Positions 35,451 to 53,357 of a DNA stretch of 64,000 nt are shown here, piece by piece (within the stretch, counting starts at the first letter, position 1; each line of letters begins with the position of its first letter). Both the position numbers and the translations under genes were made by a program. Source of the stretch: Neocallimastix sp. 'constans' (lineage: Eukaryota); NCBI GenBank assembly GCA_050613775.1, contig JBODTK010000139.1:248001-312000 (forward strand), written 5' to 3'. The notes under the pieces were generated by a model. The model did not search any database. It was given only the letters and a program-made list of their open reading frames with translations, and was not told the DNA's origin.

Positions 35451-35620
35451 ACTCTTTTTGGAACCCCGTTAAGGAATCCCATTTTCTACTACTATTTTTG
35501 GAACACCGTTAAGGAATCCCATTTACTACTATTCTTTTTTGGAACCCCGTTAAGGAATCCCATTCTCTACTACTCTTTTTGGAACCCCGTTAAGGAATCC
35601 CATTTTCTACTATTTTTGAA
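35451..35620. repeat. Four ~40-bp tandem repeats in the F leader
   Basis: TTTTTGGAACCCCGTTAAGGAATCCCATTTTCTACTAC x4. Confidence 0.92.
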
Positions 35621-35847
35621 ACCACTTACCAAGACTATAAATTTTTCTACCAAAATTCATGCATGAATTTATAAATTCAATCGGAACCCTTGAATTTTAC
35701 TATATATTAAAATTATTAATATTTTCAATAATCCATATAGCCATCCTTGAAATTAAAATTATTTATATTGAAATTAAATATTTACTTCTTCTAATAATTA
35801 ATTATATTGTATATTTATTATTCAATCAAAATTAATAATTATAATAA

Positions 35848-35896
<49 letters not shown>

Positions 35897-36095
35897 AGTA
35901 ATAATTAATATTTAATAATTAATAATAATAATTAATAATCAATATTCAATAATTAGTAATAATTAATAGTAATAATCAATATTCAATAATTAGTAATAAT
36001 TAATAATAATAATTAATAATAATTAGTAATAATCAATATTTAATAATTAATAATAATTAATAATTAATAATTAATAATTAGTAATCAATAATTAG

Positions 36096-40331
<4,236 letters not shown>

Positions 40332-43200
40332 ATATAAATCATTTAATCAAAAATAAATTTTATTTCATCAAAGTACTATTAATCATTCTAACTTATGATT
40401 ATTTTAAAAAAAAAAAAAAAAAAAAAAAATTATTTTATATTATTCAAAAACATTTATTCTAGATAGTTTTATTTTTATACTTTATTTTTAAAACTTAAAA
40501 TTCATGTAATTTTTATTATCCAATGTATTAATTAAATTATCACTCCTATAAGTATTTTAGTTATAGTTTATTATTATAAAAGTTAGAATTAGAAATAGTT
40601 TAGATTTAAAGCAAAAGATTCGTCTGGCATCCGAATCCTAGAGGAGGACCATGTAACGAATCTTAAAAAATTAGAAATTAGAATGCTGGCATAGTGGTTA
40701 GTCACTATGACCTCAGCCTGAACCACTAGGGTTCGACTCACACCTTTACTAAAATTTTATATCATTTAAATTTTAAAGAATTTTTATACTTCATTTCTGT
40801 ATTTGTTTCTGTATTTGTTTCTGTATAAATTTCTGTAAAAATTAACAAAAGAAATTCTTAGAAATTAATAGAAACAAATCAGATAGAAATTCTATTTTAA
40901 TTTATCTTTTATCATTATTTCCTTTAGATTCTTTTTAACCGAAAATAATCAATTTTTATGAAACTTTTTAATGATTTTATGGTTTTAAATTTTTATGGAT
41001 TTAAATTTTGAAAAACTATAAATAGGAGTGAATTTCGCAGCCAAAAAAAAAAAAAAAATATTATAAAAAATGGTGTTTTTATTAATTATTAAATTAATTA
41101 ATAAGTAATTCGAAATATTACAATAATTAATCTTTATAATTAATATTTTTAAATTTCTTAATTAATAAAACTATATTTTAAAAAAAACCAAATTACTTAT
41201 TAATCAAAAAGTGCTTACCTATTGTGTTACACTCTTTAAAACACGGATATTCCAATATTCGTTACAATAATACAAAATTACTTTATTATTCTATAGAAAA
41301 TGAAAATTTTGAAGTTGCTAAATTTCTATTGAGAAACGGAATTCCAATAGATAATAAAGATAATAATATTTTAGAATATTTATTGAAAAAAGATAAGTTG
41401 AATTCTAAAAAATTACAATTTATATTAAAAATTGTAAAAGATGCGTCTTTATGTACAATTGAAATTATTTGATACTGTATATAATTTAGTAGTATTGAGC
41501 ATGATGACAAGGAAAGAAAAAAAAGAATTATAATTATACAAATAATTAGAAATGGCATAAGGATATACCTCTGAATTATCATCAACGGAAAAGGCTAAAA
41601 TATTTATTTTCTTGGGTTCTATTTTTTCATTTTCAAAATATCATGAATTATCAATCTTACTCTTCACTGAATTTATAAAATTCTCTTTCGAGGGAATTCT
41701 AATATAGGAATGACATTTAGGACATCTTTTGAATTCAATTAGCCAGTCAGCAATATCAAAATTGTAAGGATTTAATAAATATTTAATACATTAAATAGTT
41801 TAATTTTTCGTCCATTTAATTTATTCAATGTATATGAAATTTTTTAATATAAAATTTATTGAAATAAAATTTAATTATTTTTTAAATTGAAAATATTTTT
41901 TAATTAGTTTAGTTAGCTTAGTTTAGTTTTAAATAGTTAAATATTAATTTAGGAATAATCTTAAATAGTTAATATTTATAAAAATAGTTTTTCAATATTA
42001 AATATATAATTAAAATTATTATAAGTACTAAAATAATAAATAAAATAAAGAGTTTAAAAAATTAATTTTAATTTTAGTAAATTAATAAATAATAAAAATT
42101 ATTAATTAAAAAATCTTTTGTTTATAAATAAATAGCTTTATATATATTATTAAATAACATCTTTTATTAATAATGTAATAAGAAAAAATATAAATATAAT
42201 TAATTTTTCTCAATTAAATTGATGTATTATTAACTATTTTACAGTTTATAACATAAGAGAAATTAATAATTAATAAAAGAATTTATTAATAAAATAAATT
42301 ATTTATTTTTATTTGTGTAACGAAATCTTCAGTTGTTATGGTTCGGGTTTTATTAGAATTTTTATTTAATTATTATTTTTAATATTTTTCTGTCTACATT
42401 TTAATTCTTGAAAAACTTCACTTATTTATACTTTTTTGAAAAAAAAATAAATATGTAAAGCCTTTCTACATTTTGTTATCATAAAAAAAAAAATAATCTA
42501 CTATTACTAATTACTTCAATTTTATATTAATTTAAATTAATTAATTCATAAATATTTTTATTTTAATAAATTTTGTTTATATAATTTTATATTATTTTTC
42601 ATATACTAAAACTAAATTATTTAATATATACGAAAAGAAACAAACAAAATTTAAAAAGATTTTACAGAAAAATAAAGTTATTTTAATCAAGACTATTAAT
42701 ATAATATTCTTATATTTTATATAAAATAAATTTAAAAACTATAATATATTTAATATTTATTATTAATCAATTAAGATTTGATTTTATTTGTGGGGAATAA
42801 AAATATTAAATAATCAATTTAAAAATAAAATAAAATACTAAAAAGAATACAATTTTAATATTGATATAATATAATAATAATATAATAATATATTTGAAAA
42901 TAAAAATAAAATATTAATATTGATAATAAACACTTTAATAAAATAATAAAATTTAAGGTTAAATTATAGATATTGATATTAATAATAAAAATATAGAATT
43001 ATTGATAATATTTTAGAAACTTTTAATAAAAATATATAAAAAAAAAAAAATATATATTTAGAAAATATTTTAGTATAGAAAATATAGTAAAGTAATATTA
43101 AGTAAAGAATAATATAATGGATTCTAAAGTAAGTTGAAATTCTAATTAATAATCCATTAAATGTTCGTTCTTTACCAAGATGCCCCCACAAAGACTCAAG

Positions 43201-46200
43201 CTAATCTATTGCTGAGTTATACTTTACTATATTTTTCAAATGAACATTACGATTCATTTGAATCATAGTATTTGGATCGGCAAGTGTTACGGTATTAAAT
43301 TGTTTTTTTATTACTTTTAAAGGACCAACAAAATAGGGTTCTAATTTAGAACGACTAAAATTTCGAACAAGCACTAGATCACCGATTCTTATGTTTTTGG
43401 AATTTTTCATGCTATTTTTTTCTTCCCTTCGATTGGCCCAATATTTACTTGCGTTCTTTACATTTTCAGCTGCTTCCATGGTCCATCTATAATGTGAGAT
43501 AAATTTTTCTAAAAGAATTTCATCTGAAGATTTATTCACTCCTTTTGTAGGTCTAGCAGCAATGTCGAAAGGCTGTTGATCCTCACGACCATAAACTAAT
43601 TCGAAGCTAGAATGTTTGGTTACAGAATTCTTTGTAGTTCTAAGGGCCCACAAGGCTGAAGGTAAGACCTCATCCCAGTCTTTATTTTCTTTACCAAGTA
43701 ATCTCAATAATTTACCAATTTCTTTATTCCTATTTTCAACCAATCCATTACTTTCTGGGTGATAGGTAGTGGTAAATTTTACGTAAACATCATATAAGTC
43801 CAGGAATATTTTAGTCATATCCGATGTGAATTGAACGCCATTATCCGTTGTAATGACTTGAGGAACTCCATGTCTAGCGAAAACATTTATTAAAAACTTA
43901 ATGATGTCCTTAGATGTAATATTTTCAGTAGGTTCAGCCTCCACCCACTTTGTGAAATAATCCACCGCAACAATGATATATTGGTTTTTATTACCAGTTT
44001 TTATTAAGGGACCAATAATATCAAGTCCAAGATGAGTAAAAGGGCCTTCAACTTCTGTTGGAATGTTTTCGGTTGGTTCTGGATATGGCTGAGGGCGATT
44101 TAACTGACATTTTTCGCATTTTGAAATTATCCGTTTTATATCGTTGACCATATCATTCCAGTAGTAACTTTTTCTAAGTCTTTGATATGTTTTATAATAA
44201 CCTTCATGGCCAACATGATGTGCTTCGAGAATTAATTTTAGTTTTTCATTTGTTTCGGTAACAAGTTTTCTATAATTATTTCCATCTATAAAATAATCTA
44301 TACCATCAATCTTTGTAAATTTTTCTTCAATAAATTCTTTAATTACTTTAGAAAGTGAATCATTTTCATCATCTTTATTCGTTTTTATAGCTAATACCTT
44401 TTGTTCTTTATCGTTCTTCATTCTAGATAAAGCGTCGGCTACTACATTCTTTTTACCTTGCTCATAGCGAATATCCACTTTTAGCATACTTGCAGTCAAA
44501 CACCATCTTGTTTGTCGTGCATTATTCGGTTCCTTATTATTAAATAAACCTAGTAGAGGTTTGTGATCTGTAAAAACTATGGTTCTAAAGGGGCTTCCCA
44601 TAATATAAGGTTTTAATTTAGTAATACAATAATATAAAGCCGTTCCTTCCAAATCGGTTATTCCATAATTCTTTTCTGCTTTGGTTAAGCTACGGCTAAT
44701 GAAATGAATCGGGTGTTCTATTTCCGATTCGTCTTTCTGCAATAAAACTCCACCAATACCTTCATATGATGCATCTGTTCGAATAATGAATTCTTTGGAA
44801 AAATCAGGATATTTTAAAATAGGAGCATTATTAATTTTTCTTTTAATTTGGTAAAACTTTGTTTTTGTTCATTATTCCATTTATATTTTACGCCTTTTCT
44901 TAATAGCTTACAAAGAGGAGCTGAGGTTTGAGCATATTCATTTATAAAGTTCCTATAATATCCTACAGCACCTAAGAATGATCTTAACTCATGTATATTC
45001 GTGGGTTCTTTCCAGGCTTTAATTCCTTCGATTTTACTATTTTGAGGACTAAGACCCTTAGTAGAAATCTTGTGACCAAGAATTTCAACTTCCGTTTGCA
45101 TAAAGTGACATTTTTCAATATTAATTTTTAATTTATGTTCCTTGAAGATTGCTAATACTTGTTTTATGTGTTGGATATGTTCTTCGACAGTTTTTGAATA
45201 TATAAGTATATCATCAATAAAGTTGAAAACACATTTTCCAATTAAAGGAAATAAAATTCTATTCATTTCCCGTTGGAAGGTAGCCGGAGCTCCAGTTAAT
45301 CCAAAAGGCATAACTTTGAATTGGTAGTTGCCAAATTTGGTTGTAAAACTGGTTATTTCAACACTTTCTTCGTCCATTAGGATTTGATGGTAACCTGAGT
45401 ATAGATCCATAGTAGTAAAGATTTTGGCACCATCTAGACTGTCAAATATCTCGTCAATATAAGGAAGGGCATAAGAGTCTTTTTCGGTTAGATCATTCAC
45501 CTTGCGGTAGTCCACACACAATCTCCATTTTCCATTAGCCTTTGGGACCACAACAACAGGTGAAGACCATTCTGAATATGATGGTACAACTAGCTTTTTC
45601 TTAATAAGTTTAATTAGTTCTTCTTTAATAATATCAGATTTAAATTTGGTTACTCTGTAACATCTTTGTTTAATAGGTTTTGCGTTCGCTTTCAAGTTAA
45701 TTTTATGAGGGGCCAAGTCTGACGGTGTTAATTCTTCAGAAGATGTCGCTATAATGTCCAAGTTTTCTTCAAGTAATTTTACTATTACATCTTTATAATC
45801 TTTACAAAGGCTTGCTAAAAATTTTTCATCATGGATATACTCTTGCGGAGATAGACCTTCAAGTTTCTTTAATTCATTAGTTGTGTCTTCATCTTCAAGT
45901 ATTTTCCTTACTATACATACTAATTTTTCTTCTTCTTGGAAATTATTATTAATAGGAGCTATAACGTCGATTAGTCCTTGAGAATTAAATTGACATAAAC
46001 TATATCTTATAGGATGGATAAAAAGATTGTGTTCTACTTGAGTTTGAAAATTAATCAACAAATCATAAAATGGGTCATCATCATCAATTATTCGAAAATC
46101 TACTATCATTTTATAATCATTAATCTTAACAGGTATTCGTACAATGATTCCTTCCGAATACTCATCATTCTTAGTCGCTAAACGTATCCTTCCACGACTA

Positions 46201-47318
46201 ATACCTACTTCTTCATAATTTCCAGGTAATTTCTCATAAAATTTTTTTGTGATAACATTGAGGTTACTACAAGAATCAATAAATGCTTTACCAGGAATTT
46301 CATCTACTGTTACATCAACCATGGCAATATCTTCTTCTGAGGTTTCCTTACTTTTGCTAATATAAGAGTGATCAATATTATTTACCAAAGTAGCAGCAGC
46401 AATAGTATTGTTTAATGCACCTATTATTTTCTTTTCAGGTTTTTCTAATTTTAATCCTTGACTTACTTGACTTCTGACTTTTGGAGAAACATTGAGGAGC
46501 TGACCGAAACTAATATTACACTTGGTTTCATTCAAATCTTGTAAAACATCATATTCTTCCTGATCCTTACACATCTTGATGTTCCTAAGCGTTCTACTAA
46601 TTGTTGCTTTTTCTTTAGGCTCTTGAAAATCTATGAGCTTCTGTAATGTAATATTCTCATGACCTTCGTCATTAAGTTTTTCAGGAACTTCAATAACTTC
46701 CATTTCATTGATTTGTTTTGTTTTAATAATTTTATCGTTTTCATTATCGATTAATTTATTTAATCGTTGATGCATTTTATCACTAGTAGTACTGATGCTA
46801 TTTCTTTGTTTTGAAGAATCCAGACTTTGCTTTTCTCTTATAGTAATATTATCCTCCCTTTCCTTCCTTTTTCCCTTGTTATTTCCAAAGTTAGCTCTTT
46901 CTTTATTCCAAATTTGTTTTTCTTTGGCTTTCTCAATATTTATATTAGGCTGCGCCATTATCGAAGGATGTAGTTGATTTTTATTTTTAACAATTATTCT
47001 ATTTTCTATTTCCTTCTCTTTTATCTTTCTTATTGCAGGAGTTGTTATAGGGGTAGGATTATCTTTGAGAGTTTTACGTTGTCTCTTTTCATTATTTTCA
47101 CTAGTTTCATCGTTAGTCGTCAACTTCCTTTTTGTCGCACTAACTATAAATTCTACATCATTCTCATTATCGGATTCTTTGTGAGTTTCATTAGTATAGG
47201 AAGCATCTTCTTTTTCTTCCTTATTATAATCATTTGTACTACTAGGAATGGATTTGTATTGTAATGAAGCTATTTTATTTTTATAGGGAGTGCTTCCTCT
47301 CCCTTTTAGTGGTTTAAA
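43201..47318 (-). pseudogene. pol: Pol of B with a 1-nt frameshift near 44830
   Basis: ORFs 44814-47123 and 43201-44742 are contiguous halves. KEKLIMLLF versus family A KERLINAPIL indicates one lost A (mutation or assembly error). Confidence 0.9.
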
Positions 47319-48199
47319 GATTTTCCACTATATAACCGTTTCTTATTTTCTTGAATAATTGCATTTAACTTAGGACAATTATACTGCAAATGTCTTGGAT
47401 CGCTACAATAAAAACAGGCTTTAATGGTAAGATTTTTCATTTTTTTTGTTAAGTCCTCCAATTCGTAATCTTTATTTCTTTTTGGGCTTCTAATTTCATA
47501 ATTCTCTCTTACTACCTTTCTGTTGTTTTGATAATTATTCCTGATATTTATTCTTGGGTTGACAATTTCAGTTGAGTACTCTTTTGAGGGTCTCAAATTC
47601 ATTACTCTATCAACTTTTTCGGCAATGTCAAACGCCCGATTTAAAGAAATGTCATACTTAAGGGAGACCTTTTTCCAAGCTTCTTCATTGTTCCTAAGAG
47701 CATCAATATAATCGAGAACACTGACTCGCTTCTTTCTTTTCTTATCTAATTTCAAATATATGGATCGGAAACGAGTATTAAAGTCTTTTACTCGCTCATT
47801 TCTTTTAATTCTTAAAGCACGGATCTCACGAAGTAACATATTCTGGTCTTCTTTAAGACCATAAAAAGTTTCTATTGCTTCTACAATTTCCTTTAAGGAA
47901 GGATATTCATCTTTTTTCTTTTCTTCTGAATCAGATTCTTCTTCTTCTTCGTCCTCACTTTCTGATTCAGAATCGGTACTGTAACTTTCAATTAAATCCT
48001 GGATAACTTCGCGAGGCTCTCCAGTAGACGTGAGTAAGCAGGCGGTAAAAATCTTTTTGGGATCAGTAACTTCCTCAAGTTTTATCCATAATCGGATTTC
48101 TGATTCCCAAGATTTGATATCGAGATTTTCCTTTGAAATTTTCTCGATATCTTTTAATTCCTTTTTTAATTCTTTAAAATTGATTTTATTTTCAGCCAT
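47306..48199 (-). CDS. gag: Gag of B (ATG at 48199)
   Basis: Homologous to A Gag; CFYCSDPRHLQYNC; ends SLNH* over TTTAAAC. Confidence 0.92.
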   Translation of the reverse strand: MAENKINFKELKKELKDIEKISKENLDIKSWESEIRLWIKLEEVTDPKKIFTACLLTSTGEPREVIQDLIESYSTDSESESEDEEEEESDSEEKKKDEYPSLKEIVEAIETFYGLKEDQNMLLREIRALRIKRNERVKDFNTRFRSIYLKLDKKRKKRVSVLDYIDALRNNEEAWKKVSLKYDISLNRAFDIAEKVDRVMNLRPSKEYSTEIVNPRINIRNNYQNNRKVVRENYEIRSPKRNKDYELEDLTKKMKNLTIKACFYCSDPRHLQYNCPKLNAIIQENKKRLYSGKSLNH

Positions 48200-48318
48200 T
48201 TGAAAATTTAAAAATGGTATTAATGCTATGATATCCAATTTAAAAATATGTTTACTTTAAAAATATATTTAATAACAAAAAAAAATAAATTTATCTTTGT
48301 TTTATACTAATATAATTA

Positions 48319-48491
48319 TGGACTCAGAAAACCCTCTGACAATCCAATTCTTTATTCCAATAATAATTCAGACTCAGAATCTCTCTCTGAAAATCTGATA
48401 AATTAATTCAGACTCGAAAACACCCTTCGAAAATCTGAAACTAAAAAAAAAAAATAAATTCAGACTCAAAAACGCAATTTGAAAATCTGAA
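48319..48491 (-). repeat. Array of four bulged hairpins upstream of B gag
   Basis: Sense-strand RGAT-TK-TCR...YGA-GTCY x4. Confidence 0.8.
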
Positions 48492-49468
48492 GCTTTTTAT
48501 TATGAATTTTAATGTTTATTATATTCTCTTAAGCATTAATACACAAAATATGTATATCTTAATCTTTTTTTTTTAAATTTATTTGTAGTAATAACTTCTT
48601 TATTTAATTTTATTTAGTATATTTATTTCCTTTATTAAAATAATTAATATAACATAAAGCAAATTGTATAAATACTTAAATAATAATAATAATGTATATT
48701 TATTTTTATTTTTATTTCTTTTTTGTATATATTTATTATTCTATTAATTCTTGGTTATAACATTTAATAAAATATTAAATAAAAAGTTAAAATACAAGCC
48801 AAACTATATAGTGTTGAACCATCAAATATATAGCTTGTTAACCCTTCTTACAATAAGTCCCCTTAGCTCTTTATTGATAAGTTGATAATGTCGATTGTTA
48901 ATTATTAAGAAACTTAATAAAAAGAAGGTAGCAATATTAAATTCTTTTTAATTTGGCTAACTTATTGTTAGTAATAAAGAAGATAATAACGTATCCTTCC
49001 CAGTATCAACAAGATCAAAACAATAAAGTATTATGTGTGGGTGTTCAACTATCCCGCGTAGAGAGTTGTAAGACAGCTTATTTATATTTTTCTTTTTAAT
49101 TAAAATTTAATTAATTATATAACGAATAATAGAAAATTTAACACACACAAAAAAAAATTTCAATTATAAAAATTTCGAAAAAAAAAAATTTAATTATATA
49201 AAATCATAAAAATAATACACTTATTTGAAAAATAATAATAATAATCTAATTTTATATATTCTATATATATATATTGTACATGTATATATTAAAAAAAATA
49301 AAATAAACTGATAAACATAAAAAAAAATTACAATTTATTATTTAGAATTATTAATATAAAAAAAAAATTTATTTATAAAATTTATTCTTATTAAAAAAAA
49401 TTAAAAATTTGTACTACAAAAAAAAAATTTTTTTTTGCTTATTATTTTAATATTTATCATTAATTAAA

Positions 49469-49512
<44 letters not shown>

Positions 49513-50086
49513 GTTTGTTCTACGCTAAAGAAAAATTTAATTTATTATTTATTAAAAAAAATTTATTAATGAAATATTTATTATTTTAATAAAAGGAAAA
49601 AAAAAATATATATATTTTTATTTTATTGAAAAAAAAATAATAATAATAATAATAATAGGCGAACAAATTTATAAAAGCCTAAAATAAAAATAAAAAAAAA
49701 AACTATATATTTTAACATCACTTCGCAAGAATGACCAGGGTTTTATCAGGGATCGAACCTGACCCACCTCTTATTTTCTGCGCGAGTGAACAAACTATCA
49801 CCTGTTGAAGTGTGTAGTTGCCTTCAGCGTGAAGGTTTTATAGTTCTAGGGCGTATTTGCCTAATTGTCAAGGATTTGTTCCTTGAGATACTCGCGTTTA
49901 CAATCTACAAAACCTTGCAAAATTGTAAATAAGAGTTTATGAAATTAATATCCTGCAAGCTAACACTGTCTTACTCGAATATTAACTTCGTAAATTTGTT
50001 AACTTTTTATTATTTTTTTTTTATTATTATTTTTTATCTATAATCTATAATTAAATAAAGTTACTACAAAAACTAAAGTTTTCCAA

Positions 50087-50136
<50 letters not shown>

Positions 50137-50200
50137 ATAACTTTTATTATTATTAATATTAATATTAAATTATTAATTATTATTATTTAACAAAACTTAT

Positions 50201-50361
50201 GGATAATCTGATAGTATACCCTGTCTGACGTGCAGCTTGCCTCTTCACGGCGTCATGCCACGCGGGTACCACGGCTACTGTATTCAATATAAAATACAGC
50301 AGTCCAGAGCCTACTAGCCCAATTACTATGTAGGTTAAACTTAGCCCGGAAATCTATATCC
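50201..50361 (-). ncRNA. Family B copy of the conserved leader RNA
   Basis: Aligns with 8391-8556 with compensatory changes. Confidence 0.8.
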
Positions 50362-51290
50362 AAGGCTTTGTTAAATAATTTAATTAATAAATAATATTAA
50401 ATTTTATTTTCTAATATTCCCCGATATCTCCACCATAAATTATGTTATGGTTCGGGTTTTATTAGAATTTTTATTTAATTATTTATTTTTAATATTTTTC
50501 TGTCTACATTTTAATTCTTGAAAAACTTCACTTATTTATACTTTTTTGAAAAAAAAATAAATATGTAAAGCCTTTCTACATTTTGTTATCATAAAAAAAA
50601 AAATAATCTACTATTACTAATTACTTCAATTTTATATTAATTTAAATTAATTAATTCATAAATATTTTTATTTTAATAAATTTTGTTTATATAATTTTAT
50701 ATTATTTTTCATATACTAAAACTAAATTATTTAATATATACGAAAAGAAACAAACAAAATTTAAAAAGATTTTACAGAAAAATAAAGTTATTTTAATCAA
50801 GACTATTAATATAATATTCTTATATTTTATATAAAATAAATTTAAAAACTATAATATATTTAATATTTATTATTAATCAATTAAGATTTGATTTTATTTG
50901 TGGGGAATAAAAATATTAAATAATCAATTTAAAAATAAAATAAAATACTAAAAAGAATACAATTTTAATATTGATATAATATAATAATAATATAATAATA
51001 TATTTGAAAATAAAAATAAAATATTAATATTGATAATAAACACTTTAATAAAATAATAAAATTTAAGGTTAAATTATAGATATTGATATTAATAATAAAA
51101 ATATAGAATTATTGATAATATTTTGGAAACTTTTAATAAAAATATATAAAAAAAAAAAATATATATTTAGAAAATATTTTAGTATAGAAAATATAGTAAA
51201 GTAATATTAAGTAAAGAATAATATAATGGATTCTAAAGTAAGTTGAAATTCTAATTAATAATTCATTAAATGTTCGTTCTTTACCACAGT

Positions 51291-51851
51291 TGATATTTTA
51301 TGGTTTATATCTTAATTCTGAATAGGCTCAGAAAGTGACATAACCAATATCAATAATTAAATTTAGAAAAAATTGTTTTTGTGATTAAGATTTTAAAAAT
51401 ATGTTTTATTAATATATATTTTATTTATTTTATAAATTATTTTATATACATCTTTTAATTTTATTATTTAAATTATTATTTTAATTATTTAATATTATTA
51501 TTAATATTTAGTTTTTGATTAAAATGAGTAAAAACTATATAAAAACCTGATTATTAAAATAAATAAAATTAAGAACTATTTATATTAATTTAGTAAATTA
51601 TACATTTTAAAATTTGTTTACATGTTATAAGTATTTACAATTAATAATATTTTAAAAATTATTATTTCTGTTTATTGTTTATTTTATTTTTTTATTATTA
51701 AAATATTATTTAATATATTTTTATTTTTATTAATTTATTAATTGTTTATTATTAAACTTTATAAAATTTGTACCGTGATATTAATTATATATATATATAT
51801 TTTTTTTTAATATAATATGAAATTTATATTTATAAATTTCATTATTTATCA
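51291..51851. repeat. Probable solo LTR W
   Basis: TGATA...TATCA; CAGT on the left and, after removing the next insertion, on the right. Confidence 0.65.
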
Positions 51852-51854
51852 CAG

Positions 51855-52516
51855 TGATACGATACCACTATAAAAATAAGATTTAGGTAAGAAATTTAGG
51901 TTAGAAATATTGTATAAATATTACTGGTTATAATAATTAAAATAATTTATATATAGTTAATTCAAATAATTATTTTTAAAAGCATGGTTAATTCTTTTAT
52001 CATAATTAAAATAGATAAATTATATTATTAATGATTCTATTATTATGATAATAAATTAATTCATCATTATTATTAATAAGTTTTATTTTATATTTTAAAT
52101 ATTATTTTGAGAAATTATATAATTTTAGGAATTATATTATAAATATTGATAATTATATTTTATTTAGGAAATATATTTTAAATATTAATAGTTAAATATA
52201 TTTAATAATGAAATTGTATTTTTAAATAAAGTTATTAGGAAATTAATAGTTAAAGAGATATGTTTAATAAAAATATAATATTAAATAATTATTTTAACAA
52301 TTATATAAAATTAAGAGAATGTAATAATAAATATTTATGTATGTAAAAATAAAATTATAAAAATAAATAAAGAATAAAATATTATTATAAAACATTATTA
52401 TTATTATAAATTATTTTCTTATATTTATTAGAATATATTATCGTGTCATAATTCCCTAGAGAAACGACCAACTAAATTAATAATTCGATATGGAATATTT
52501 TAAATGTTCTGTATCA
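51855..52516 (+). repeat. Solo LTR related to family D
   Basis: TGATAC...GTATCA, TSD ACAG (51851-51854, 52517-52520). Confidence 0.88.
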
Positions 52517-52540
52517 ACAGTTAGTAAAATTAGAACTCTG

Positions 52541-52843
52541 TGTTAAGGTTTTATAGAATTAAATAAAAATAAAGTAAAGAAACACAAATTTTATTTATTT
52601 ATTTATTATTTTTATTTATAAATTTATTTGATTTTATTTGATGATTTTTAAAAATTGGTAGCAAAATTTACAACTATTTATACTTTTTTCAAGGCATAAA
52701 AGTTGTTCTTGCCACTAAATTACATTTTATTTATTTTTTTTTTTTTTTATAAAAACTATTAAATTTAAATTGAATTTTATAATCAATTATATAAAATTTA
52801 ATTATAACAATATAAATAAAATACATTTATAATATTAATAAAA

Positions 52844-52890
<47 letters not shown>

Positions 52891-53357
52891 CTATCTAAAA
52901 TATTACTAATAAGAATTTATTTAATTGGCTATAAATTTTATTACAATCTGTTAAAATATTCAAATAAAAATAAAAATACTATTCTAATATAAAGGTTTTT
53001 AATAAAATAAAATATTTTTCAATATAAAATAAAACATTTCGATATAAAATTTTATAATAAAAGTTAAAATATAATATATAAATTTTTAATTATCAATATA
53101 TAAAAATATTATTAATACAAATTTTCATTATTAATATAAAAAAAAATAAGATTTATTATTAATATTGATAATATAAGTTTTAAATATATAAAAATATTAC
53201 TATTAATATAAGATTTAATATAAAAATATAAAGTTTAATATAATTTTTGATTTAATTTTTGATCTTTGGATTTAAAAATTTATTAAAGTACAAAAATAAT
53301 AATGTACACATAATGTATTAGAAATAAATCGTAGATTTAATTAAGAATGCATTATTT
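52541..53357. repeat. Family G LTR, inverted relative to 22532-23380, missing about 15 terminal nt
   Basis: Near-identical reverse complement of 22547-23380. Confidence 0.88.

Larger units (their letters stand above)
42334..51286 (-). mobile_element. Ty3/gypsy family B, full length
   Basis: 844-bp LTRs (42334-43177, 50443-51286), TSD CAGT, PBS 50418-50435, PPT near 43183-43190, gag and pol homologous to family A. Confidence 0.97.
42316..52540 (+). mobile_element. 5' end of a second F-like LTR (42316-42333 plus 52522-52540) split by a stack of three insertions
   Basis: Rejoined TGTAACGAAATCTTCAGTTAGTAAAATTAGAACTCTG aligns with the F LTR start TGTAACGAATCTTAAAAAATTAGAAATTAGAATGCTG. Confidence 0.7.

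Noticed and set aside
41473..41830. Possible transposase fragment on the minus strand (CPKC motif)
   Set aside because: Too short and broken to assign.
48795..49990. Group I/II intron or dicistrovirus IGR IRES
   Set aside because: No P7/J8-7 or domain V motifs. UGAUCU and UGCUA are present but the other IGR features were not found.
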